Shown piece by piece: positions 7,588 to 15,537 of a stretch of 64,000 bases of DNA. Under the pieces are notes generated by a model, which was not told where the DNA came from, searched no databases, and saw only the letters and a program-made list of their open reading frames with translations. Numbering within the stretch: the stretch's first letter is position 1; each line of letters opens with the position of its first letter. Origin of the DNA: a virus. Taxonomy: Duplodnaviria; Heunggongvirae; Uroviricota; Caudoviricetes. The stretch lies in the IMG/VR virus record IMGVR_UViG_2913147268_000005; one strand, written 5' to 3'. A program made the position numbers and the translations under genes.

Positions 7588-10410
7588 ATGACGGCAGAGT
7601 ACCTCAGGGACTGGCAACAACCGCGCCACGCAGTGGGGCGTGAAGGAACGGGGATCCCCGCTCCTGAATCCGCGCTTTCCTCCTGGCTGGATGCCTACCG
7701 GGCAGAGAACGAGCGCCGCCAGGAAATGGCTGATGCGGCGTTCTCAGCCACGCCGCTGGGCAACCTGATTAATAAAAGCCTGGACGCACAGGAAAAACAG
7801 GACAAAACCATCACACTGGCAGGAGACGCCAGAAAACAGGCACGTGGCGCGGTGGATGAAGCCATGGCCTCGCTGCGCCTGCTGCCGTCCTATCTGCGCG
7901 ATCCGCTTATTCGCCACCTCTCCTTCCTGCGCAAAAAACAGGAAGCCGATCGCCGGAAAGGCAAAAAGAGCTGGCAGGCGGAACGCTATGCACGCGGAAC
8001 CCTGCGCAAAATATTCGAACGTCTGGATAGCACTGACGGACGCTGGCTGACACCGGGTTATCGCTCCCTTGCCGGACGCGAACGCCTGGACGATTTGCTT
8101 TACCTGCCGCAGCTCAACAAACACCAGATACAGACGCTGGCCACCATGACGGCGGCGATGTTCAGCAGCACCTTCGAAAAACTCTGCGATGGCTTTGGCG
8201 CGACCGATGGCGAGCTGACCATGGATGTAACCCTGAAGGCGTATCAGATGCTGGCCCGCATGGCGTTACACCTGCACGCCATGCCTCCACATTATGACGC
8301 ACTGACAACAGACAAAGACCGGAGGAACGAACCGGACACGGAGCTGCTGCCGGGCGCAATCCTTCGCCTGACCTGTGCGGAATGGTGGAAACGCAAACTG
8401 TGGCTGTTACGTTGCGAGTGGAGAGAAGAACAACTCCGCGCCGCCTGTCTGGTTTCCAGAAAAACATCACCCTATCTGAGCCAGGACGCGTTAAGCGAGT
8501 TTCGCGCACAGCGCGAGAAAACACGCGATTTCCTGAAAAGTTTCATGCTGGAAAATGAAGACGGGTTCACGATTGATCTCGAGACAGTGTATTACGCGGG
8601 AGTAAGTAACCCGGTTCACCGTAAGGCAGAAATGATGGCCACCATGAAGGGACTGGAACTTCTGGCCGAAGCCCGTGGCGACAAAGCGGTGTTTCTGACT
8701 GTCACCTGCCCGTCAAAATACCACGCCACAACGGAGAACGGTCATCCGAATCCCAAATGGAACGGGGCCACAATGCGCGACTCCAGCGATTACCTGGTTA
8801 ACACGTTTTTTGCGGCGGTCCGCAAAAAACTGAACCGCGACGGCCTGCGCTGGTATGGCATCCGCACGGTGGAGCCTCATCATGACGGCACCGTGCACTG
8901 GCATATGATGGTCTTTGCACATCCGGAAGAAATCGACACCATTGTGTCCCATACCCGCGATATTGCCATTCAGGAAGACCGCCACGAGCTGGGCAATGAT
9001 ATTACTCCGCGCTTTAAGGTGGAGTATGTCGACGGCTCAAAAGGCACGCCAACCAGCTACATCGCCACCTACATCGGAAAGAACCTGGACAGCCGCGCCG
9101 TGGATGGCATCGACCCGAAAACGGGCAAGCCACGCGTGGACCACGAAACCGGAAAATCAATGGCCGAGAGCGTGGAGCGCGCCATCGGCTGGGCGCGCCT
9201 TCACCGGGTCCGTCAGTTCCAGTTCTTTGGCATCCCCTCCCGTCAGGTGTGGCGTGAACTGCGCCGCCTTGCCAGCCAGATGGCACGCAATCCGGAAGGC
9301 CCGCAACGGCTGAAAGATGATGCAATGGATGCGGTACTCGCTGCCGCCGATGCCGGGTGTTTTGCCACCTACATTGAAAAACAGGGTGGCGTGCTTGTTC
9401 CACGCAAGGACTACCTGATTCGCACCGCCTACGACCTCGCAGATGAGCTGAACGATTACGGCGAACAGAGCGTACAGATTTACGGGATCTGGTCACCACT
9501 CATCGGGGAATCCTCCCGTGTGTGCACGCATCCGGATAACTGGAAGCTGGTAAGACGTAAACCGGAAGCGGAAGACAGCGCCCGCGAAAATGGTTTTGAC
9601 CTTCAGGGCGGCCCTGCCGCCCCTTGGACTCGTGGCAATAACTGTCCCCGTGTACAGGAAACGGACAACAACGGGACAGAACAGCCGGAAGAACGGCCAG
9701 CACCGTGGCCGCAGCTCCCTGACGGCGTTGAAGTGAACGAATGGATGCGCTCACTGAAACGACACGAACGCCGGGCGCTGATGCGTTCGCTTCGTGACAA
9801 ACAGGCAAAAAACAGCAGCGATGAAATGCAGAGCTGGACACAGAGCCGCAAACAGCAGCGGCCTTTGCCTGATAACCACGAATTACTCGCTAAAGAATGG
9901 CGGGAGTCTGCTGAATCTCTCGGCCTGCATATCGGTGAACAACAGATGCAGCACCTGTTACGGGGCGGCAGTCTGTACGTTGACGGCAGCATCATTGCAC
10001 CGCAGGGATTTGAAATTGTACGCAAACCGGATACCCGCCCGGACAGCCGAATCACGCAGCTCTGGCAGCGCCTGAGCCGTAATCATGGCGTAAGCAGCAC
10101 GGAGATCCGCCATAACCCGGTCGCCAGCTATCTGGCACAGCTGGGGGCATCAGACCCTGAAGCCGCCGCACGCCTGGCATCCACACTTCAGCAGGGCCAG
10201 AACACCATGAAAACACCCGTTACCGTGCTTTCTGACATGCTGCGCGCCATCCGCGACGCAGAGCACGCACAGAGAATCAGTGAAACCACTGAACGCGCCA
10301 GCCGCAAAGCAGACCTGCTGCGGGGTGGCCTGACCAGTGGAAACAAAAAACAGACAGAAACGGGACTTACGAATCCCGTAAATGAGCAAAAAACGCGCAG
10401 CGATATATGA
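7588..10410 (+). CDS. P2 gpA-family rolling-circle replication initiation endonuclease
   Basis: 940-aa ORF with HUH-type motif GTVHWHMMVF and P2 A-like central region; position before the A-to-Q hotspot. Confidence 0.8.
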   Translation: MTAEYLRDWQQPRHAVGREGTGIPAPESALSSWLDAYRAENERRQEMADAAFSATPLGNLINKSLDAQEKQDKTITLAGDARKQARGAVDEAMASLRLLPSYLRDPLIRHLSFLRKKQEADRRKGKKSWQAERYARGTLRKIFERLDSTDGRWLTPGYRSLAGRERLDDLLYLPQLNKHQIQTLATMTAAMFSSTFEKLCDGFGATDGELTMDVTLKAYQMLARMALHLHAMPPHYDALTTDKDRRNEPDTELLPGAILRLTCAEWWKRKLWLLRCEWREEQLRAACLVSRKTSPYLSQDALSEFRAQREKTRDFLKSFMLENEDGFTIDLETVYYAGVSNPVHRKAEMMATMKGLELLAEARGDKAVFLTVTCPSKYHATTENGHPNPKWNGATMRDSSDYLVNTFFAAVRKKLNRDGLRWYGIRTVEPHHDGTVHWHMMVFAHPEEIDTIVSHTRDIAIQEDRHELGNDITPRFKVEYVDGSKGTPTSYIATYIGKNLDSRAVDGIDPKTGKPRVDHETGKSMAESVERAIGWARLHRVRQFQFFGIPSRQVWRELRRLASQMARNPEGPQRLKDDAMDAVLAAADAGCFATYIEKQGGVLVPRKDYLIRTAYDLADELNDYGEQSVQIYGIWSPLIGESSRVCTHPDNWKLVRRKPEAEDSARENGFDLQGGPAAPWTRGNNCPRVQETDNNGTEQPEERPAPWPQLPDGVEVNEWMRSLKRHERRALMRSLRDKQAKNSSDEMQSWTQSRKQQRPLPDNHELLAKEWRESAESLGLHIGEQQMQHLLRGGSLYVDGSIIAPQGFEIVRKPDTRPDSRITQLWQRLSRNHGVSSTEIRHNPVASYLAQLGASDPEAAARLASTLQQGQNTMKTPVTVLSDMLRAIRDAEHAQRISETTERASRKADLLRGGLTSGNKKQTETGLTNPVNEQKTRSDI

Positions 10411-10458
10411 AGCGCGCACAAAACAGGCAAAAACGGGATTTCAGAATCCCGTAAACGA
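10358..10458. promoter_or_regulatory. two 28-bp palindrome-containing direct repeats (parC-like centromere/operator)
   Basis: AAACGGGACTTACGAATCCCGTAAATGA at 10358 and AAACGGGATTTCAGAATCCCGTAAACGA at 10431, each with the ACGGGA...TCCCGT inverted repeat, just upstream of parM. Confidence 0.55.
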
Positions 10459-10486
10459 TTAATTAATCAACATAAGGAAAAGCGAC

Positions 10487-11446
10487 ATGAAAATTTGTAT
10501 CGACGACGGCTCCACCAACATCAAGCTGGCATGGACTGAGAATGGCGAACGCCGCAACGCCATCAGCCCGAACAGCTTCAAGTCGGAATGGTCTGCGCCG
10601 TTCGGTGGCATGCAGCCCGCGAACTACATGCTTGATGGCGTGCGCTATGGTTTTGATCCGGTTAGCGATCGCTTTGTCCAGACGACCGACACGCAATACC
10701 AGTACAGCGATGTGAATGTAATCGCCATTCATCACGCGCTGGTCAAATCAGGCATCACGCCACAGGAGGTGGATGTGGTTGTCACCCTGCCACTGAGCGA
10801 GTATTTCGACACAAACGCACAGCCGGACATGGCCAACATCAACCGCAAAAAAGCGAACGTTATGCGCCCGGTGGAATACCAGAACGGCGAAGCATTCACT
10901 ATCCGTAACGTGCGGGTTATGCCTGAATCCATTCCGGCTGGCTTTAAAGCACTGGCTGACATGAGTCCGTTTGAATCCCTGCTGATTGTGGATTTAGGCG
11001 GAACCACGCTGGATGTGGCAAAGGTTCAAGGGCAACTGGCAGGTATCAGCCAGGTGTTTTGCGATCCACACGTAGGCGTTTCCCTGATGGCCGATGCCGT
11101 ACTGTCGGTGATGGCCACTAACGGTATGCGCACCAGTCACCACATCGCCAATACCATTATCGAACATCGCCATGATGAAGCCTGGCTGCGCCAGCACATC
11201 CACAATGACGCGCATTACGCCAGCCTGATGGCGGTTATTCGTGAAAAGGAAGAAACACTGAAACAACGCGTGATCCGCGCGCTGGCGGTTTTTTCGGGTT
11301 ACGGGCGGGTGATGGTTGTCGGTGGAGGGGCGGAGATTGTGGCACCCGCTATCCGCGAAGTCTGCGGAGTTAATGCGACTTTCATCGCGGACGGGGTGCC
11401 ACAGTTTGCTCTGGTTAATGGGCTGTACGCAATGGACAAGGAGTAA
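10487..11446 (+). CDS. parM: actin-like plasmid segregation ATPase ParM/StbA
   Basis: N-terminus MKICIDDGSTNIKLAW...ISPNSFK and overall match to R1 ParM as recalled. Confidence 0.85.
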   Translation: MKICIDDGSTNIKLAWTENGERRNAISPNSFKSEWSAPFGGMQPANYMLDGVRYGFDPVSDRFVQTTDTQYQYSDVNVIAIHHALVKSGITPQEVDVVVTLPLSEYFDTNAQPDMANINRKKANVMRPVEYQNGEAFTIRNVRVMPESIPAGFKALADMSPFESLLIVDLGGTTLDVAKVQGQLAGISQVFCDPHVGVSLMADAVLSVMATNGMRTSHHIANTIIEHRHDEAWLRQHIHNDAHYASLMAVIREKEETLKQRVIRALAVFSGYGRVMVVGGGAEIVAPAIREVCGVNATFIADGVPQFALVNGLYAMDKE

Positions 11447-11450
11447 ACCA

Positions 11451-11765
11451 ATGACGACACCAACCAGACGGATAAGTTTCTATCTGAAGCCCGCCGCCGT
11501 CAAGAGTGAACAGGAGGCGTGCAATTACCTCGATAGCCTGCCAGCCTCCGAACGCAGCCGCGCGCAACGCGCGGCCTTTCTGGCTGGGCTAGCGCTCATA
11601 AAGCGCAACCCAGCATTTGCCTACTGGATGGCCGAATGGCCAGAGGACAACCTCCCCTTCAATACCGTTAGCATCAAGGAAACATACCAGGATAATCAGC
11701 CTAGCGGAGTTGAATGCAATTTTTATAAAATAAAAAAGAATATTCAGACCTTATTCCCAGAATAA
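11451..11765 (+). CDS. parR: ParR-like centromere-binding adaptor
   Basis: ISFYLKPAAVKSEQEACNYLDSLPASERSRAQRAAFLAGLAL parallels R1 ParR IAFKLNPDV...DSIPQGERSRLNRAALTAGLAL. Confidence 0.7.
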   Translation: MTTPTRRISFYLKPAAVKSEQEACNYLDSLPASERSRAQRAAFLAGLALIKRNPAFAYWMAEWPEDNLPFNTVSIKETYQDNQPSGVECNFYKIKKNIQTLFPE

Positions 11766-11848
11766 TCTGATAATTGTATGTGAACTAATAAAATACAGAC
11801 CAACACATCATTCTGGCACCCTTGCTAACAGGGTGCCAATGTTTCAAA

Positions 11849-12691
11849 TCATGATGAAATTGCCGAAGTTTTTTTATCGTGCTGAAGTACCGCAAATGCC
11901 ATTAAAACCTCAAGAGAATAGCGGCGATAATACTTAACAAAACCATAATAAAATACTCGGGATGCAGCAATACAAAACAAGAGAAGAAAACAAAAAGGTA
12001 ACAGTCTGATATTTATATCTATTAAAAAGGATAGAAGGAGCAGGAACATAAGCAACCAGACTGAAGCGAGAAAAACAAATGTAATGTTTCTACAAAAACC
12101 ATACAAAGCAACATAGTTTTGCATTTTCACCTGATGATTTTTAGAATGTTCATACACATAATGATAAGCAAGGCGAAAAAGATCGCCCCTCAAGCCCTTA
12201 CGTCGATATAGCGTAGATACAGAAAAAACATTTATATAACCATCTCGTATTTGCGGCCAAAAGACTTTAATAAGTATAGAATGCAGTGTGGTTTTATGAT
12301 GTTCTGCTTTATCAAAAGCTGATACAGGAAATAAAAAAACTCCACGAATAAAATTAACTATACTGAACTTAGTATTATGTCGTTTTATTTTCAGGGAGCT
12401 TCTTTTAGAAAACAGATAAATTGAAGGATACCCAAGTTTACTGTTCATGTATTTTTCAATTAAACAGGATGATAGAATAGATATGAAGTGACCTGAAATA
12501 TATGATAGAACGATTAATACCACATATATAAATACACTTATTATTTCTTTATATTTCAGGATATGGTTAAGAATACCTTCTATATAAACAGGGTTAATTT
12601 CAATAGAAAACAAAAAAAGGATAAACAGGAATAACCCACCTGGAATTAGATAGCCCAAAAAGTCATAAAATGAAAACGGATTCTGTGTCAC
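11849..12691 (-). CDS. hypothetical polytopic membrane protein (hotspot cargo gene B)
   Basis: 280-aa ORF, GTG start preceded by AGGGGGAA SD; at least 5 hydrophobic TM-like segments; AT-rich. Confidence 0.7.
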   Translation of the reverse strand: MTQNPFSFYDFLGYLIPGGLFLFILFLFSIEINPVYIEGILNHILKYKEIISVFIYVVLIVLSYISGHFISILSSCLIEKYMNSKLGYPSIYLFSKRSSLKIKRHNTKFSIVNFIRGVFLFPVSAFDKAEHHKTTLHSILIKVFWPQIRDGYINVFSVSTLYRRKGLRGDLFRLAYHYVYEHSKNHQVKMQNYVALYGFCRNITFVFLASVWLLMFLLLLSFLIDINIRLLPFCFLLLFCIAASRVFYYGFVKYYRRYSLEVLMAFAVLQHDKKTSAISS

Positions 12692-12730
12692 ACTTCCCCC
12701 TGTGTTACTTGTAAATTAAAGGGTAAAACA

Positions 12731-13228
12731 TTATTTGTTTTTCCGTAAAGGATTAGCTTTCCATCTTCTTACTAACCATTCGAATTCTTGATATGTAGTA
12801 TCCGAATTAATGCTTTCTCTGATTGCTTTAATTAATGGCTCGGCAATATCATATGTCTCTACAACTGTTGTGTAAGATGTTCTTTTTATCATTTTTTCAT
12901 CATAAATACCTTCACGAATACTTACAGCAACTCGCTCGTAAAAATTTAAAATATATTGAAATTTTCGACGCTCGGCCATTTCTTCATCTGTTATTATGCA
13001 ACCATCACAAGGAAAAACATAAGAACGAAATGATTTGCCTGAACGATGCACTTGTTTCAGGGTATGCAATGACTCTATATATTGCATATCTTGCCGACTC
13101 TCAAAAAGAAAGTTGGCCGTTTGAGTTTTTTTTGCGGTACGCACATTGTAGATAATGGTTCCAATGGCAACCAAAACGCCAAGCAGAACAATAGCATTGC
13201 TGATGATTTGTAGTGTTATTGGGTTCAT
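12731..13228 (-). CDS. hypothetical membrane-anchored protein (hotspot cargo gene A)
   Basis: 165-aa ORF; N-terminal TM helix ITLQIISNAIVLLGVLVAIGTIIY then soluble domain; 39 bp upstream of gene B; AT-rich. Confidence 0.7.
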   Translation of the reverse strand: MNPITLQIISNAIVLLGVLVAIGTIIYNVRTAKKTQTANFLFESRQDMQYIESLHTLKQVHRSGKSFRSYVFPCDGCIITDEEMAERRKFQYILNFYERVAVSIREGIYDEKMIKRTSYTTVVETYDIAEPLIKAIRESINSDTTYQEFEWLVRRWKANPLRKNK

Positions 13229-13245
13229 CCTATTTCATCCATAAA

Positions 13246-13273
13246 AAAGGCGGGGAGCAAATCCCCGCCTCAT
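13246..13273 (-). terminator. rho-independent terminator just upstream of gene A
   Basis: Minus-strand hairpin AGGCGGGGA-tttgc-TCCCCGCCT followed by TTTTTT; preceded by an 11-codon ORF MKKMYDEFDGF. Confidence 0.55.
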
Positions 13274-13425
13274 TAGAGGTCAACGTAGCTTAGAAACCAT
13301 CAAATTCATCATACATTTTTTTCATATCAACCCCCTCATAGAAATCATAACCACGTTTTGTGGTTTTTGTGACGTATAAACTACATCAAAGGCAAGCCAC
13401 GGTCAAATATATAGGCATGCTTACC

Positions 13426-13452
13426 TGCACAAAAGTGCACAAATTTGCACAA
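13426..13452. repeat. three direct TGCACAA repeats at ~10-11 bp spacing (candidate operator)
   Basis: TGCACAAAAGTGCACAAATTTGCACAA; a fourth TGCACAAAAAAA near 13520. Confidence 0.5.
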
Positions 13453-13823
13453 TTTTTTTGAACGACTTTTTACCCTTCCGGCCCGCATGGCGGCTGGATC
13501 CGTCAAGGATCCGTGCGTGCACAAAAAAACGCGCTTTTTCTGCGCGCAGGTGACGGGGGAACAGCCCGCGTTTCAGGGGGTAAATAGCATTCCCTGAACG
13601 ATGTCGCAGAGACACAACAGAATGGCCATATTTCTCACGCTGAGCATGAAAAAGGCGTGAGGGCTTTTGATTTGATGGGGTGAAAGGTAAGGCCGTCAAA
13701 ATCGCACTGAGGCAGCGAGAACATGCAGTCAACGCGGTGGAATTGCGTAAGAGTCTGACCGTCGATGGTGGCGATAAACTGGAAGGCGTCGTGAAATTAT
13801 CTGATTGATACAGGAGCTGGAGA

Positions 13824-13852
13824 GCCGGGGCATAAATTTTTTATGCCCCGGC
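13824..13852. terminator. perfect palindrome, probable bidirectional terminator
   Basis: GCCGGGGCATAAA-TTT-TTTATGCCCCGGC. Confidence 0.5.
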
Positions 13853-13951
13853 GAAGCAGCAGACAAGCGAAGCGCGTCAGCGATACGGCACCTTGCCGAC
13901 CATACTTCATAAGTGCAAAATACGAGCAAAGAAATCAATGGAGGCTGTCTT

Positions 13952-14476
13952 ATGGTCATTAATTACAAGCAGTTAAGAGAAAAACGGGAGCAGGTAAAGG
14001 AGAGCTTTCGCCGCAATGAAGATCTGACCCCGCTTGTACGCCTTGCCCAGGGCATTGTTGATGCTTATGAAATCTCGCTGGAGCTGCCATCACAGACCTG
14101 GACAGATAGCGACGGTAATCGCCAGCATTACGTTTCATGCGGACTGGAAGCAGCCGAAGGATTTCGCAGAATGCCTTTATCCCAGATCCCTGCCGCTACC
14201 CCCAAAGCACGGGGCAGCAATGATGAGCGAAAACTGACTTTTAGTATTGAAACGGTGGTTGACGACACACCTGGCGAAGTCGCGTTCGTGCACACTCCTG
14301 TTTCGATCGCAATGTATAACGATGAAATACAGGTTCGCGTTAATAATAATATCGTGCCACTTAAAGAAGGTAATTCACCCTACACCACCGTTTGTGAAGC
14401 CATTCAATATTACGTTCTCTCTGAAATTGATAATCTCAAGCCTGACGGCACCCAGAAAATGGTTCAACTCTGGTAA
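13952..14476 (+). CDS. hypothetical protein (hotspot cargo)
   Basis: 174-aa ORF from ATG with GGAGG SD 7 nt upstream; no homology recognised. Confidence 0.55.
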   Translation: MVINYKQLREKREQVKESFRRNEDLTPLVRLAQGIVDAYEISLELPSQTWTDSDGNRQHYVSCGLEAAEGFRRMPLSQIPAATPKARGSNDERKLTFSIETVVDDTPGEVAFVHTPVSIAMYNDEIQVRVNNNIVPLKEGNSPYTTVCEAIQYYVLSEIDNLKPDGTQKMVQLW

Positions 14477-14477
14477 A

Positions 14478-14512
14478 AAGGACAGCCCCATCACGGGGCT
14501 GTTTTTTCATCA
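14478..14512. terminator. bidirectional terminator between convergent genes
   Basis: CAGCCCCATCACGGGGCTG hairpin flanked by A-run and T-run. Confidence 0.6.
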
Positions 14513-15537
14513 AGAAGAGCATAAGAGTTAAAACGGATCACCTCTTCGCCAAGCCAGTCATTGATGTGCTTCATAGCCTCCATAACGGGCATCAGCTCGT
14601 TAATTGCGTAAACCCGCGCTGCCTTCTCCACATCGCCAAACGCACTTTTTTCGCCCGGCATCGCCCCCATCAGTTGCGGCGGAACGCGGTGCGCAGCCAG
14701 CACATCATCACGGGATGCCGCCTTAACATTCATGAATTCATCTTTTGCGGTGATCTGCTGGAACGGCAAAATTTGCACCCCCTCTTTGCCCCCGTTGGGC
14801 GCATGAATGAGCACGTTTTTAAACGCACCACCACCACGTGCCCCCTGTAGCGTTTCTTTCAGGGAGTCCATGCTTTCGCGGTTTACCTGCGCTGCACCGA
14901 TGTAGATGATGCACCCGGCGTGGGATCCGTTGTCGTAGTACAGTTTTCTGAACATGTCCGCCGAATGAGAAAGGCTGGCCGAGAGTAATGCGCCAAGATA
15001 TTCCGGCATGCCGTAGATTTCCTGGTTAATATCCGGATTCATCAGGTGGCACACTTTGCCAGGACGAAACTGAAACGCGTCCTTGCCATCCTGCACATAC
15101 CACCATGATTCAAGATCGCTTCCGCGTCGCATGTATTTCGCCAGGGCGTGCCGTAATTTAAGCGGTTCGCCGAGCATATTGCTTCGAAGCTCAAGGAATG
15201 CGTTACCGAACACAAACCAGTCCAGCGCCAGCGCCGAGAAATCCTGCCGGGAAAGCAGCGGGTGCGGGATGTAGCAACCGAGTAATACATTGCGCTTAAA
15301 GTAAAGCGCAGACTGATGCCAGGACGTTTGCCGGGCTGCTCTTGCCAGACCGTACCAGTCCACCGGGGTTTCATACCACCGCCCGTTATCAGCACAGTAC
15401 ATATTGTCCAGCAGGTCATGCCCGGTCAGGCGATAAGGACCATCAAATGTGAATGCACTGAGCGATGATTCTTTCCTGAGCGCATCAGCGAGATCAATGC
15501 GTGAACTCATGCGCACTTTTTTATTTTTTCTGCTCAT
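14491..15537 (-). CDS. P2 gpQ-like portal protein
   Basis: 348-aa ORF; P2-type Q-P (minus) / O-N-M-L (plus) divergent arrangement. Confidence 0.75.
   Translation of the reverse strand: MSRKNKKVRMSSRIDLADALRKESSLSAFTFDGPYRLTGHDLLDNMYCADNGRWYETPVDWYGLARAARQTSWHQSALYFKRNVLLGCYIPHPLLSRQDFSALALDWFVFGNAFLELRSNMLGEPLKLRHALAKYMRRGSDLESWWYVQDGKDAFQFRPGKVCHLMNPDINQEIYGMPEYLGALLSASLSHSADMFRKLYYDNGSHAGCIIYIGAAQVNRESMDSLKETLQGARGGGAFKNVLIHAPNGGKEGVQILPFQQITAKDEFMNVKAASRDDVLAAHRVPPQLMGAMPGEKSAFGDVEKAARVYAINELMPVMEAMKHINDWLGEEVIRFNSYALLDEKTAP

Noticed and set aside
9014-10075. Multiple minus-strand ORFs of 113-161 aa
   Set aside because: Antisense within the gpA replicase gene; Arg/Cys-rich frames typical of spurious ORFs.
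12835-13155. 106-aa plus-strand ORF
   Set aside because: Antisense within hotspot gene A in AT-rich DNA; a low-complexity frame without RBS.
13246-13273. Possible P2-type cos site (GGCGGGGAGCAAA resembles part of the P2 cohesive end)
   Set aside because: The match is partial and sits in a hairpin plus T-run that is better explained as a terminator; cos cannot be placed from sequence alone.
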